Positions 1-16,393 of a DNA stretch of 64,000 nt are shown piece after piece (positions within the stretch are counted from its first letter, which is position 1; every line of letters begins with the position of its first letter). The DNA lies in assembly GCA_951406725.2 (NCBI GenBank), contig OX597829.1:6944001-7008000 (forward strand), read 5' to 3'. A program made the translations under genes and the position numbers. Below the pieces are notes generated by a model that saw only the letters and a list, made by a program, of their open reading frames with translations, had not been told where the DNA came from and did no database searches. This DNA is from Octopus vulgaris (lineage: Eukaryota).

Positions 1-255
1 TAAGTTGTTGAGCCTGAGATGACTAAAGCGATTTTGGATGATTTTGGATGACACTGTAAGATTATTTCTTAGGCGTAATTTCTGCTTCATATATTCATAT
101 ACAGTAGTTTCTGAATTATATAATCATTTTATTAGACACGAATGTATAAACATGTGCTTGTGCGCACGCGTGTTTATGTACGTGTATATATGTATGTAGA
201 CAAAAACAAACACACACACACACACACACACACTAACACACACACACACACACAC

Positions 256-326
<71 letters not shown>

Positions 327-989
327 TACAAAATGAATAACAGAAAAACAACAAAACTCAATAAAACAGAGTGAATGATATATTTGATTGACGCTCCATG
401 AAAAATAGGAGTTTAAGTGACGTTTCGAGCATGGCTCTCCGTTGGAAAGAGGAAAATTGTAGAGAGAAAGGAAAAAGGGGGCAGGTAGTCTGAAGAAAAT
501 CACGAAGAACTATATATGGCCAAGAAATGAAAGGTAGTTGTTTTTTTTAAAGCAGAAGACAGCAAAAATGGTTATTGTGTAAATGTGTGTGTGAGAAAGA
601 GTGTGTGAGTATGTAGGATACTTGTGTGCGTGCAGTGTATATTTCTAAATATGATTTTTAACTGTGTGAGTGCGAGTTGTGACTGGCGTGTTTGTGGGGG
701 ATGGTAGTGTATGTATATGTACGTTTGAGTTTGCGTGAAAAACTGAATCTAACAAGTTAGTAAAGCAGAGCAATAGTACGAGTTAGCGGTATACGGACGC
801 GGGATCGAGAGGATCTGCGTGTACGTCAGTGTTTGTGAATTGGTGCATATGTGGGAAATAACCAGCCAGTATAGACTAAACCTATGCAGATACTCTAACG
901 TCAATTTGAAATAGTTTCATATATTAAAGTCGAGTCGAAAATTTCGCTGCTACACACCACTTCTAAGCGTGACACGTGATGTATGTATG

Positions 990-1023
<34 letters not shown>

Positions 1024-1424
1024 TGTATGTATGTATGTATGTATGTATGTATGTATGTATGTATGTATGTATGTATTTGTATATGTCTTTATACGTATTT
1101 TTAAACCAGTGCTTACTATTTCACAGCAATATTGCAATTGAATACTAGGTATGGGTGGGCGTAAATTGGAAATTTACTTAGGATTTATAAGGCAAATAAA
1201 AAAAGTGAGAGGATATAAAATCGACAAACATCAGCCAGTAAACATTCCATTATATCTACTTTTTAAATGATAACAAACATGTGTTTAAGTGGTACAAGTA
1301 AACGAATGAAAGCAGCCGATAAATACGTAAACATATATATATATATATATATATATAGGTGAGATGTATATGGGGGGGATGTAGAAATGAAGGAATAATA
1401 ATAAATGAGTGCACTGATACAAAT

Positions 1425-1553
1425 CACTTACGGCCGTTTCTACCATGCCTCAGAATCTTCCAAGTCATCCTCATCCCGTCAGCGATATACAGGGATGAAC
1501 AAACATTGGACAGAGATTGGATGATGGTTGAGCCTCAAGAGATCTTCAGAGTG
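1425..1553 (-). ncRNA. Degenerate type-I hammerhead-like motif with long stem II region
   Basis: Minus strand: cact-CTGAAGA-(~100 nt)-GAAA-cggccg-TA-agtg; 4-bp stem I, palindromic stem III (CGGCCG); stem II base pairs poorly. Confidence 0.4.
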
Positions 1554-2140
1554 TACATGTGGAAACTAACATGTGGAAATTCAATTAGAATAATAGAGCA
1601 GGGTAAAATAGAATAAGATAGAATAAAATAGGTGAAAATGAAAATAATGTAATGTAATTTAATAGACATCGTAAGGAAAGGTAAGAACTGCATTTCAAAT
1701 TGTTATTATCATCCATGATATTCCATTTGGTAGTAAGTAAATAAAATCACTCTCAGGAGAAACGTCCCTAGATTACGGTTTACATCGTGTTTCCATTATA
1801 CTGAGGGAAATAGTATTATGTGGTGGGTTTAATGGTAAGGTACATGTTACAGGGATCAGAAATTAGAGGCTAACCGTAGGAGATTCCGAAGTTGTCTGGA
1901 GGCCGAGGCTGAAGCCAATTTTATTGAACGAATTTACTCTTTAATATGTCGAGGTATTTTTATGTAATTTTTGTAAATATACTTTTTAAAATGCGATGAC
2001 AGTGTTATTTTCATTTTTGCGTAATTACAACGAGAGTTTATTCTATAAATTATTTTATATTTTATGTATTTTATGTATTTTATGTATCTTTCTTTGTTTG
2101 ATTTGCATAATAGTGGTTTTGTCTCTAATTTATTATAATA

Positions 2141-2176
<36 letters not shown>

Positions 2177-2178
<2 letters not shown>

Positions 2179-2448
2179 AACAATTGCAGCGTGGAAGGTG
2201 TTTGTAAGTCATTTAAGAAACACAGAAAAGCCGTTCGATTCACTTCAACATTTAAATTTAATTCGTCAAAATATTTTCATTGCGACTGACAAAACTTCAT
2301 GCAGCACGAAGCTTTGTCAGTGAAGAGGTCGCGGTCTGAAAGCGAGGAAAATATTTTGACAAATTAAATTTAAATGTTGAAGTGAATCTAACGGTTTTTG
2401 TGTGTTTCTTAAATGGCTTATAAACACCTTCCACGCTGCAATTGTTTT
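2177..2448. repeat. Long imperfect inverted repeat (foldback) with internal hairpin
   Basis: Arms ~2177-2279 and ~2348-2448 (aaacaattgcagcgtggaaggtgttt... / ...aaacaccttccacgctgcaattgttt); spacer contains ctgacaaaacttc/gaagctttgtcag. Confidence 0.8.
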
Positions 2449-2978
2449 CGTTTCAGCACACGATCTCAGATCAGGTCACTCGCTATGCAAGTACATCTAC
2501 GTAACATATATATACGTCCTTGCTTCGGATCGAACTAGATGGCAAACAAAAGTGTCAAGTGGAGTGAGAGCGTGTGAGGAGGCTGACACATGCACGACCC
2601 AAGAGAGATTTAAAGAATGTTATGATCGAGAAGGTGAACCTTTCGTGTGAAGAGTTTGTGAATGACCACGCCTTTCTTTTCTTGGGCTGAAATCTCATTC
2701 GTGGGCCCATGAAAACAAACCTCGACTAACTTCTCTGCCTATATATCTGTGCAAACCTTTCAATGCCGTGTATGCTACAAGGTTTGTAAATCTAACGGAG
2801 GCCTCAAAAGACATTTTAAGATCCACAAAGATCAGAACGTAACTGCAGCTCTTGGTGGTCGAAATCGGATATGCAATTTACGTGGGTGCCTTTCCAATTC
2901 ATTGTCTGGTTTAAAAAAGCCACATTAGACGCCATGATGGATCTAAAGTGTAAGTACCAGAGCTAGTCAGACTCTGCA

Positions 2979-3055
<77 letters not shown>

Positions 3056-3381
3056 CATATATAAAAGTAGATAAATGGTACAACAAGGCACCGATATTTA
3101 CTGGAAAATAGCAATCGATATAAATACGACGCTATTGTATAGCTTCACTGCGTATTTACTAGCAAAGACGTGTGTATGCAACAAACATGAAAACATTTGT
3201 CTTACCTCTAGGGAGAACATTCGATAAATAGATAACCTAGAATCGGATATATATATATAAATAAATGAATACATAAATACATATATTTATACATACGGCC
3301 ATATATGCATATATTCATACATAAGGCTGTACATACATATACTCATACAAGCATCCATCCTTCCATACATACATACATACA

Positions 3382-3412
<31 letters not shown>

Positions 3413-4771
3413 TGGTGACCGGTAATAACGACCGATAATAATGATGCCTCAGTCCTATACTCGGATGTGTGTAACTAGTGCTCATATGATAGCAGATATA
3501 AAAAAATTTCAAGCAAAGCATTCCCTAAATCATCTCTAAATTCACATCACAGCATAATTCAGAATTCTCCATGAAGGTCTGGGGAGAAAACAGATGTGAA
3601 ATATGCAGTAATAGTGCCTTAAAATATTTGGATATTACCTCTCATATAAAATTTAAAAGTGGATTCTCCTTCCAAATGATGTCATTATGAACTGTAAAAC
3701 ACAGAAATTATGCCGTATAATCCACCCGAATTTGCAAAAAAGTATTATACTAGCGATACTAACAATTTTCATTATTAACTAGGAAATATCTATAGACGAC
3801 ACATCACCAAAAATAAATACGTAAGATTCCACTAAGCAAACATTTTTAAAAAATGCAGAAACAACAAATTCAAGATCTTTCTTTTTCTAAAAATACCCAA
3901 GGGATTAACCAAAATATCGAAAGTCAATGGAGCTACATTTTATAAAAGAAAATGTCTACTAAAATTGAACGTGTAAAAACTATATATATAAGATGTGGAA
4001 ACTTCTTTTAAAAAATTACTTTCCGAGACGAAACTAAACTAGATTAATATTATTATTAATAATGTTCTCATTGCTGCTAATAAAGTAACTGGGAAAATTC
4101 ACTTAAACAACAAATACACACACACACACACATACACACACGCATGCGCTTAAACACATTTAAAAGCTTTCTCAAACAATTTAATAGATTGTCTTTCCTA
4201 CAGCTGGCTAACATGACAACTGACCTAAAATGTTGTCTGTCACACAATGACTAAAAGAAATTTATTGCAAATGTTAAAAAAATTTACCTCTTTGACTTGT
4301 CGTCAATTTCACTCTTCTCAGAAAACTCCCATTTCTTTCTTTCTTTCCTTCTTTCTTTCTTTCTTTCTGTCTTTTTCCTTTTCCCTCTAACCAAGCATCC
4401 AACGATCTGCCATTTACACTGTGTTTAAAAATTCATCAAATACACATGCCTATACACACATATAGTATTAAAATGACAAAGAACATTTCAAATAACCACT
4501 CTTAAAATATCCATTTTCCAAAACCCAAGAAAATAAATTCAACTCCAATTTTTTTTCCAATTAAGTGATATATATAAATTTTAAGAATTTTCTATAGAAA
4601 AAACATTCAAGATGAACCTCTCAACGAGATGAAATTACTTAACAAGTAATTCTCCAAATCCTGACAAGCTTCTTTTGATTTACACACACACTCACACAAA
4701 CACACACACATACACACACACACACACACACACATGCACACACGTACACGCACGCACATACACACACACAC

Positions 4772-4817
<46 letters not shown>

Positions 4818-5228
4818 TAAAATTATACATATATATATATACGTAGGCGGGTGGTTCTGGGTTCAGTCTTATTGTGTGACACCTTGGCCATGGTCTTCGC
4901 CTCGGAGTGACCAAAACCTTGTGAGTGGAAAATGGAATCGTATACGCACAAACAAACGCACACATGCACATATAACCTTACTCTCGCTAAATATTCTAAA
5001 TGACCTGAGATACTCATCCTTCCTTGTTTTTTTTTTGTCCATTTTCCTGTAATATAATATATACCTGCTAATTCGGAAGCCCACTACAGATCCCCAGCTC
5101 CCGCCTCAGCTGTGAAATTGGAACCCAACGGATGACAAATTATAGCATTTACGCACCTATTGGTTTACATCATCAGTGACGTAAAACCCTTAATATTCCC
5201 TATCTGTCTGTCTGTTTCTCTCTCTCCC

Positions 5229-5296
<68 letters not shown>

Positions 5297-5776
5297 CATA
5301 TATATATATATACGTACGTGCAGGCCTGGTTCTATAGTAAGAAGGCTGTTTCCCTATCACATGGTTCCGGGTTCAGTCCTATTGTTTGAAATAATCTTGA
5401 ACAAGTCTTTTAGTCTCGGGTTGACCAAAGCCTTGCGAGTGGATAATGAAATCGTACACGCGCACACACACATGCACGCGCGCGCACACACACATGCACG
5501 CGCGCGCACACACACACATACATATGTATGTACATATAATATTGTTGGTTGTAGATAGTTACACAGTGACCAATGTTTTGCAATGGATAGAGAATGCAGC
5601 AACAAAACACGTGATTTGTGGAATTATGGAAACGTACATAGAAACGCTTTAAAGGATTTATGAATTTCCATCAAAACGTTCACGTTATTACTATATTAAT
5701 ATATTTATATATATATATTACGTTTATATATTTGTTGTGCAAAATTTTTTATGTGAAGTCGGGCGTTGAAACAGAC

Positions 5777-5916
5777 ATTGTTGTATTTCGGAATGGTCAT
5801 TTTGCCAGTTTAGCCAATAAAAACACACGCACTATATATTTGGTGTTACTTTGCTTCAGTGTTATTTATTTTTTACATTAAACTTAATCTTATTACGGCC
5901 AGAGTTCTTTCGTCAC
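5777..5916. repeat. Interspersed repeat shared with 56291-56447 (HHR-bearing family)
   Basis: attgttgtatttcggaatggtcattttgccagtttagcc...gagttctttcgtcaca near-identical at both loci. Confidence 0.85.
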
Positions 5917-5940
5917 ACTCCTGTGACCGCATCAGTGGTC
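5897..5940 (-). ncRNA. Minimal hammerhead-like motif (variant core)
   Basis: Minus: gacca-CTGATGC-G-GTCAC aggagt GTGAC-GAAA-gaac-TC-tggcc; 5-bp stem II, stem I 4/5 bp, A9 replaced by C. Confidence 0.5.
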
Positions 5941-6083
5941 CTTTGTTTTCTTCTCTCTTATTTCTGTCTCTCCTTACTAATCGTCAGCCATTTTGTATTT
6001 CTATTGTGTGTATAAGTCAAAAACGGGAAATATGTCTGCCGGTTAGAGAACATGGCTATTTAAATTTAAATTTATATCTATAT

Positions 6084-6124
<41 letters not shown>

Positions 6125-6502
6125 TGAATGTATATTGTGATGTATAATTTAAAGAATCTAGTTATGTAAAACCGAAACAATGCGAAAAAATACAAAGTAA
6201 TTGAAAAGAAAACAACAAATTTGCAGTTTTGCCTTGTATTTCTATATTTCGGAGTGAAGAGCGGCGGCGCTTGTTTGGAACATTCGGGAAAGCGATGGCT
6301 GGAAAGAGATTCTTGCTAAGTAGTGTGGTAGCGGAATGTGAGTCCAAAATCTGAGTCTTTTAAATTATCATTTGCTAATTTCTTTCAATCATCTCGTATT
6401 AATTATAATTCAAAAAACAAATTATCAGTACGTAGGCTTCCAAACTAGGAAACGAAAATAAGAGTAAGGAGAAGTTCCATCTACCTTCCATTAGAAAGCT
6501 TT

Positions 6503-7061
<559 letters not shown>

Positions 7062-7436
7062 TATATATATAAGAGCAGCTGCATTTACATAGTTGAGAAC
7101 CTAATTTTTGTAGCCAATAGCAGTAGCTTTTGAAGTTACTTTACGATTAGACGATTAATGGTTTATATAAATTTAATATTTGTAATATCACAATTTTGCA
7201 AATCAGTAAATAATATCAAGTAAATTTTAGTTGGCAGATTGAACAGCGACATTAATATGCACAGTGTAGAACTACATTCTTTGTGTTTTGTTAATTACAC
7301 GATTATATTTATTTTATATGTCCATCCCTGAACGCTCTTTCATTTCACAATTATAAAATGAATTTCACAAATGTAATTATTGAATAAGAACGAAGCAACA
7401 AAATATAATGCGTGTATGCGTATGGATATGTGTGTG

Positions 7437-7513
<77 letters not shown>

Positions 7514-8236
7514 TTGTGTGTGTGAAATTCTCGTATCTTTCATCTTCTGTTTGTCATTAACCAGATACATAATCGAACACAGTGAAAGTGATGGTGCTTT
7601 ACCAAAAAGCTACCAGGTATAACACATTCGATGTATTATCTAGTAATGTATACACGCAATCTTTTAGGCTTATGAGTATATGTCAATTAGTGTGTTGAGT
7701 AAAGCACGTTCACAGTTTGGATTACCTGGGGGGTCATCCACGGGTGAGGTACATATCTGCTGGGTTTACGTCAGGGATTCTACAGTGTTACTTGAGGTAA
7801 TAATAATTGAAGTAAACCGAAGATAAATTTTGCACTAGCATTTATTCAGTATGGCGGTCGTTTCGACCCATCCTACAGCTGTCTTTTGTGGAGAGGATTT
7901 TGTGTATCTAACTGTGTTGCATCATTCTGTGCAGTTTGTGTCAGATCAGGTACATTACATAAAGAAGATGCCCCACATGATATACTGCGATGTCCTAGTT
8001 ATGGTTTTAATCCTAGGTTATATATCCGCGGACAACAGGAGCAAGTAACAACGCAAATAGAGCAGGCAAGAACACGTATGTGTGTGTGTGTATATATATA
8101 TATGTGTGTATGTATGAGTGTATGTGTGTGTGTATATATATATATGTGTGTGTATGTATGAGTGTATGTGTGTGTGTGCATGTATGTGTGTGTGTGTGTA
8201 TAATTATATACATGTATATATATATATATAAATGTA

Positions 8237-8304
8237 TATACTAATACATTTGTTTGTTTATACTCCACTTGCCTCCGTCTTTTGTTTATTTTCGTAAACT
8301 TCCC

Positions 8305-8335
<31 letters not shown>

Positions 8336-8404
8336 CGGGAAAGTTTACGAAAATAAACAAAAGACGAAGGCAAGTGGAGTACAAACAAACAAATGTATTA
8401 GTAT
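8237..8404. repeat. Inverted repeat around a (TA)n spacer, at the end of an HHR-bearing element
   Basis: atactaatacatttgtttgtttatactccacttgcc...gtaaactt mirrored by aagtttacg...ggcaagtggagtacaaacaaacaaatgtattagtat. Confidence 0.85.
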
Positions 8405-8431
8405 GGCGCTCAGGAATAGAAATAGAACAAG

Positions 8432-8469
8432 TCTTTTAAGTTTCGAGCCTACACTCTTTGACAGAAAGA
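8432..8469 (-). ncRNA. Degenerate minimal hammerhead-like motif (A6U family)
   Basis: Minus: tcttt-CTGTCAA-A-GAG tgtagg CTC-GAAA-ct-TA-aaaga; paralogue of 21698-21735. Confidence 0.4.
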
Positions 8470-8992
8470 TACACAGATAAAAAAAACAAGGAGAGAAAAA
8501 TATGCGTGTAGGAGCTAATGATATATATATATATAAATAAAGTACGTTCTCCCCCATCGTTAGATGACGTATAAGGTACGAAAATGTCTTATTGAACAAC
8601 CACACAGATGATTTGTTTATAGTGATCCTTCCCTCAGTTCGACATTACCTGTACAGGTGCAACGAGTGTCACATGTCAGATGTCGAAGAGAGAACGTGAA
8701 ATGAAATGTTTAGCTCAAGAACATAACGTAACGCCGTGTCTGGAATCGAACCCACTATCTCGCAATCGTGGGTGTAAAACCCTAGCCACTCAGCCAGGCG
8801 TATCACATGAATGTTATAATACTTAATTCATTAAAATTATTAGCTCATTAAATTAGTTAGCCTCATTTTTGATATTTTTAGTCGCCTTAATCTTGATAAT
8901 ACATTTGTCTTAATAATGATAATACTGTTATCGTAATTTTCTCTTTTTTAATAATAATAAATAAGTACTGTAAGTGTATTTTTGTTTCATAA

Positions 8993-9046
<54 letters not shown>

Positions 9047-9088
9047 ATATATAAAACATACGCACACACCCACACACTCACTGATACC

Positions 9089-10113
<1,025 letters not shown>

Positions 10114-10300
10114 GTGAGAGAGTGAGTGAGTGAGTGAGAGAAGATGTTTGAATGATTCGATATTGGAATCTCCTTTTCTGATATCGTTTATGTCTTAATG
10201 AGTGAAATATATATGATGGTTAGGAGTCAGTTTGTTGGATTTCTAGTATGCATATTACTCGTATGCACATATGATTAGTAGCAGCCCAGACACAAATGTG

Positions 10301-10335
<35 letters not shown>

Positions 10336-10987
10336 GTGCATGCGCGTGTTGGCACACATATTAAATTTTTTTTTTTATTATGTGTCAATGTCTAAAGATA
10401 TTACGTGGTACTTTTTATCTGATAACCATTTCTATTTTTCCACTAGCCTTCGTAACCGTGCTTCAGTCATTTACTAATCTTCGTTGAAAAATGTTTTTTT
10501 TTTTTGTATTTTTCTTTCTTCATAATTAGGCAAATCTGTCCTTAAATCAATTGTTATGTTATCACCCGGACTTTGCTCGATGGATCCATACAGGATTCAT
10601 GCAGAAGTTAACTTGGTACATCTCAATCCTATTCATACAATTTACCATAAAAGATAACCTGAATGTGTGCGGGGGAAAGAAAAATGCTGCCAATTGGTTT
10701 GAGAATTTAAGGTCAGAAAAACATTTCAACAAGACCGTGAAATGTTGATCAAAGGAAAATATTCGATATTATTAGCAATGCTGAACATATTCAACACATT
10801 TTCTTTTCTTATTACACACATAATTAAACAATAACATAAGAATTTTGGGAACTGTTTGGGTTCGATTATGTTTGAAAATAAATTTCCAAATTAACATAAG
10901 ATATTTTAGATTTCTAATAAACAGAACTTACCGAAATTTATATAAAACAAATACATTGTATCCTCTCGAAATGTCTTGATTATTTCT

Positions 10988-11370
10988 GGATGGAAGCACT
11001 CCGTCGGTTACGACGACGAGGGTTCCGGTTGATCCGAATGAACGGAACAGCCTGCTCGTGAAATTAACGTGTAAGTGGCTGAGCACTCCACAGACACGTG
11101 TACCCTTAACGTAGTTCTCGGGGAGATTCAGCGTGACACAGAGAGTGACAAGGCCGGCCCTTTGAAATACAGGTACAACAGAAACAGGAAGTAAGGGAAA
11201 GTTGTGGTGAAAGAGTACAGCAGGGATCACCACCACCCCCTGCCGGAGCCTCGAGGAGCGTTTAGGTGTTTTCGCTCAATAAACACTCACAACGCCCGGT
11301 CTGGGAATCTAAACCACGATCCTATGACCGCGAGTCCGCTGCCCTAACCACTGGGCCATTGCGCCTCCAC
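10988..11370 (-). mobile_element. tRNA-derived SINE family C
   Basis: Minus head GTGGAGGCGCAATGGCCCAGTGGTTAGGGCAGCGGACTCGCGG (A box, tRNA-like); related copies at ~8690-8805(-), ~37330-37475(-), ~53812-54045(-), ~55313-55520(+). Confidence 0.85.
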
Positions 11371-11765
11371 AAGATTATTTCTAAAACTTATCTCATAGTT
11401 TAACAATACCTACCTCTTTATTTAACTTACCAATATATAGTTCAGCTAGCATTATTGTGCAGGATGCATCGATTCCCATTTATATATTCTTTGGTCCGGT
11501 GAATACATTTTATGTGAAACTCACTTTATAAATAATATTTTCAGCAGCAAATCTAAGTGAATATATCAATCTGCTAATAAATCTAAATTATGAAATAAGA
11601 AATTTGCTTCAGTGTATCCTAAATCTAATAAACATTTACTTGTTATAAGTCAAAGTACCAGTCATTTATAAAGCAATCAAATTACTCTTAGTGAGCAGCC
11701 TCGGTTCTCTTCGTGTCACACAAATCAAATCCTACCGAGAAAGGTGCATGTAGTCCTTCATATAT

Positions 11766-11991
11766 ATTTTTCTTTACTACCCACAAGGGGTTAAACATAG
11801 AGGGGACAAACAAGGACAGGCAAACGGATTAAGTGAATTACATCGACCCCAGTGCGTTACTGGTACTTAATTTATCGACCCCGAAAGGATGAAAGGCAAA
11901 GTCGACCTCGGCGGAATTTGAACCTAGAACGTAACGACAGACGAAATGCCGCTACGCATTTCGCCCATGACGCTAACGTTTCTGCCAGCTC
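11766..11991 (-). mobile_element. SINE family B
   Basis: Reverse complement of family core gagttcaaattccgccgaggtcgactttgcctttcatcctttcggggtcgataaattaagtacc. Confidence 0.85.
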
Positions 11992-12934
11992 ATTATTGAA
12001 AAGCAAATGGAGTAGACGTGGTCGCAAGAATATTGATCATAGGTTTGCTAAACAACGACAACAACAACAGACGCAGCAATAACGGCAGCAGCAACGAACT
12101 ATACAACAACCGGTATCTATCTATTCTTTTCCCTGTTTCCAACACCTTTTTATGTTTATCTGTTATTTTTTTATTCATCTTTTTCCCTGTTTTTCCTCTT
12201 TTCTTTATGTTTGTTTCTTTTTCAACACTTCCTCGCTACCTTACCAGTGAAGTTTCCAATACATATTGAGTGCTCTTTCAGACTGCACTTTTGGAACACA
12301 CTCAGTCACGCTTTAAGATGCTTTCTCATATATTAACGTTTTTTTTTTTCTTTTCTGTTTAAAATTCTAAAATTTTAAAAATAAATTTTAAAAATACATT
12401 CGAAATAATGAACAATCTCCTTGACCACTAAATTCTTCATACTTTTTTTACGATTTGTTCGATCTAAATGATGTATTACAGTATCCCTGTTTTCATTTAT
12501 CATGGCTAACCAAACATTAACGAGAAAAACGGCATTTTCTATATTCATTGCTTGCAAGTCATTAAAATTTGGCAATTATGAAAACGAAGGTACACAGAAA
12601 TACTGTAAACTATCAGACTCTTTTGGGTGTTTTTTTTCTTTCAAATTTAATTTGCGCGGCTGCCAAACTCCACTTAATGAATCTTAAGAGCGTTTTTAAC
12701 TTTATTAATCCGGAGAGTGATTTCAAAACACGACAATTGTCTGATAAACTATTCTTCGTGTTGGCAGGCATAAACATAAACTGTTCACTGAAATTTCGGA
12801 AGGAAAATACATATGCAGAAAGCTGTAGCGGACTGGACTGAAGGTCTTATAGGTTTCCGTTTCGTTCATATATTGTATAAGTTCATATTTCACCGGATCA
12901 AAGAAACAATATCGACTAATTTCAATTTCAAATT

Positions 12935-13352
12935 TTGGTACAAGGCCAGGAATGTTGGGGGGAAAAGATAAGTCGATTACATCAAGTCCAATACACAACT
13001 GGTACTTATTATATCAACACCGAAAGGATGAAAGACAAGTCCACCTCAGCGAAATTTGAAATCAGAAAGAAGAGACAAACGAAATACGCTAAGCATTTTT
13101 TCCGGTGTCCAAACAATTCTGCCAGTTCCTTAATATATTGATTAATATTGGTGTCAAATTTTAAGGCGGCGAGGTTGCAGAATTGTTAGCAGACCAGCGA
13201 GATTTCGTCTGTCTTTTCGTTCTGAGTTTCAAAATTTCGCTGAGGTCGACTTTGCCTTTCTTCCTTTCGGTCTCGTTGAAATAAGTACCAGGTGAGTATT
13301 GGGGACAATGTAATCGACTTACCCCCCCCCCCAAATTGCTGGCCTTGTGCCT
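12935..13352. mobile_element. Head-to-head pair of diverged family B SINEs
   Basis: Minus copy ~12935-13128 and plus copy ~13163-13352 (ggcggcgaggttgcagaattgttagc...gaggtcgactttgcc). Confidence 0.75.
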
Positions 13353-15109
13353 TCTCTACAATTAGTTTTCTAATCACGAGAGACAAAACCAAGTTATTAG
13401 TTTGATAGAAATATTGCTTCATTTTACAAACTGAATCCAATTTCCTTAGAAATTTCTTTTATCATCATCCTTCCAAATTCAAGATATCATATATCTGGAA
13501 CACTTACAGCGCAACAAAAACATGTAGTAAAGTATTTTGAGTTGCAATCAAGGGTTTCTTGGTTCGATTCCTCTCTGTAGCAGGTAACTTCTACCAAAGT
13601 CTTGGGTCGACTTTATGCTTTTGAGAGAAATTCAATCTACAGCACTGTATGGGAGCATCTCAAATGGAGTATGTTTATGGCATAGGTTATTTGCATAATC
13701 GGAAATATTTGTTATATGATATTACTATGATCTCTTTCTTCAAAAGCATGTCACTGACTATTCTGACTTACCGCATCTTCCTTTAAATTAAGCAAATCAT
13801 CAAATTTAAGATTATTTTCTACTTTCTTTTTTCTGTGTGCAAGGGTCGAAGTAGAACAAATGCTGTGCTGATAAAGACTGTTGATGTAGAAATACGTTTA
13901 GCAGGTATTCTCTTGTTACCAAATTATTAAATGCCTCTTTCTTGATGGCATGGCAGCTTAAGAGGGTTTAATGCTAAAAGCATGAAATCATCTTCTCCCA
14001 TTTGAATTTGTTCCCACTTGCCAAACAGTCGACTATTTTAATTTCTCTGGGAGCATAAATAATTTCAATGAATCAAGAACGCATGGTGTATGGTATATAA
14101 TATAATACTATTTGTCTATGCTTTACAAATATATGCCACTGGCTACTATATGGTATTTCTCTTAGCTCATTTTCTTTCAAATATATCTATATAAGGCTTT
14201 CTTCTCAAAGGAACATACAATTGGTTATATTCTACTTTAATCCGTTTTATGGAAGATTTTTCATATCTCCTATTTCGTCTACTGTATTCAGTTTGGAAAA
14301 TAATATTCATAATTTCACTAATGCATATTTATCCACTACTTCCCACTTCTGCTAGAAGCATTGAAAACGTTCATCGTCTTGCTCCACGGGATTTTCTTAC
14401 TTCTTCTTTGTATTAACTTTCTTTCATACTACCATTCCATAATACCTCTCCAAGAAACCGGAAATTCAAGATCTAGAGTTATTGCTTATCATAAACCACC
14501 AAATGTGTATACGAGGGCTTTCTCCTGGTCCTTCTGTTCTTCTTAGATATTTACTGCATTCAGATTTCTCGTTCCTGATTGTTTATGCTCGGTGTTGCAA
14601 TTCTTACCCTGTAAGGTGTAGTACGTCAGCAAGGATGTCTTTTAATCATAAGGTGACATGTATGCCGCAAAAACATGATACAGCAAAGCATGACTTCCGA
14701 GTCAATAACAGACTGTAATGCCATTTCAGCCCTACCGCCTTATTCTAGAGAGGTTAGATGATCACATTTCATTTACACATCAGTGTAAGTCTGTTCTATG
14801 AAGAGCTTTATAAAACATGATAACCATTTTGCAAATGTCAATATATTATGTGTATGTGTATTGAGGTTCTATCACCTTCAGTTTCTCCATTACATTTAGT
14901 TGATCAAGCAATCTAAATGCATCAAGCTAAACCTGCATACACAAGATGAAAAGAGACCTTGGCGAACATTCATGAATAATAGTTATACCACAGTGTCTCC
15001 TTTAGCTGCACAGAAACGCTATTAATGAACAATCAGGATAATTTTACCGGTCCCCCTCCTACTAACTTCCCTTTAAGTATGAACAACATGCACTAGAAAT
15101 CTCAGGATC

Positions 15110-15360
15110 ACTTCTAATCTAGGTGTCGGTATAATAGTAAAGCTTTCCTGTCAGTCATACACCCTCAACATTGCGAAACTCCTTGAAAATGAGTGAATTA
15201 TGTCTTCGGAGCCAGAAAATACTTGAATCCGCAACAGCTACTAACATTCTACTAGCGTTCTATATATTTCAGGAACGACGCACATCTCGAAGGGTGTTGC
15301 TGGCAATCTCAAAGATGCCTTAGACAACATACAGGGGACGGCCACTCGACTGCTCAAAAA
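15110..15360 (+). pseudogene. Decayed LINE (CR1/L2/Jockey-group) RT C-terminal fragment
   Basis: Manual translation gives GARKYLNPQQLLTFY and LDNIQGTATRL, resembling post-RT motifs RxRKYF..QLL.LY and LEKIQRRATRL. Confidence 0.45.
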
Positions 15361-15371
15361 AATTAACTAAT

Positions 15372-15652
15372 GAGTGGTAAGAATCTTGCTTCCCAACCAC
15401 GTGGTTCCGGATTCATTCCCATTCCGTGGCATCTGTGCAATTCTCTTCTACTATAGCCTCGGGCCGACAAAGCCTTACCAGTGGATTTGGTAGACGGAAA
15501 ATTAAAGAAGCCCGTCGTATTTGTGTGTGTGTCTTTTAATCTGTGCATCCGCCCCTCCCCAAACACACACACCGCTTGATAATCGATGCTGATACGTTTA
15601 CGTCCCTGTAACTTAGCGATTCGTCAAAAGTCTAATCACTGAAACAAGTAGA
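15372..15652 (+). mobile_element. Diverged family A SINE
   Basis: gtggtaagaatcttgcttcccaaccacgtggttccggattc...ggatttggtagacggaaa...gaaacaagta. Confidence 0.75.
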
Positions 15653-16348
15653 ATAATACTTCAGATATAGGAGACGTTTTGTCTGCTATACCTTCAGTTA
15701 TTGCAAGGCATCTGATATTTGAAGCTTGTTTCTCTCATGCTTTACCCATTCAAGTATGCACAACAAACTCCCATCATTTGGATTTACAAAAATGTATCCT
15801 TTACGCAGTTCAGATACTACATGTTCATTAATCTCTCTTATACTATCTGTTCTCTGGAATTACGTGCGAGATCGTTTCTCTTCCAGACCCCGACATGCAG
15901 CTGTTCAAGTATAACATTAATATTATCATTACCGCGCGCCGCGACCGACCTCCTTCTCAAGATTAAAAAAAGGATATATGAAAAAATAATTTCAAATGCA
16001 CGGAAAACACAGAAAGAATATCAATAGAAATATTAAGCATTTATAAAAGTAATTTCTGTATCAAATATAACCTTCTTTCAACGCAAACTCTCGGATGCTG
16101 CGGAGATGTTGCGATTCCTTTTATACTACGGATATTTATAACACTGTGATACTGATTTCAAATTTGGCTCAAGACAAGCAAATTCGGAGGAGTCGAGAAA
16201 GAACGAAAAGCAAAATCAACCTCGGCAAAATTTGAAATCAGAACGTTTCAGATGGACGAAATACCCCAAACATTTGCATATGAAAGAAAATAAACCTCCA
16301 AATTTTTATCGTAAATTTTACTTTATCAATATTACACACAAACACACA

Positions 16349-16393
<45 letters not shown>

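Noticed and set aside
6295-6343. Possible first exon MAGKRFLLSSVVAE with Kozak-like ATG and GTGAGT donor
   Set aside because: No partner exons found, and the adjacent sequence resembles the repeat near 21130-21300, so it is probably part of a repeat
11300-11370. tRNA-like sequences at SINE heads
   Set aside because: They continue into SINE bodies and lack a proper acceptor stem; not tRNA genes
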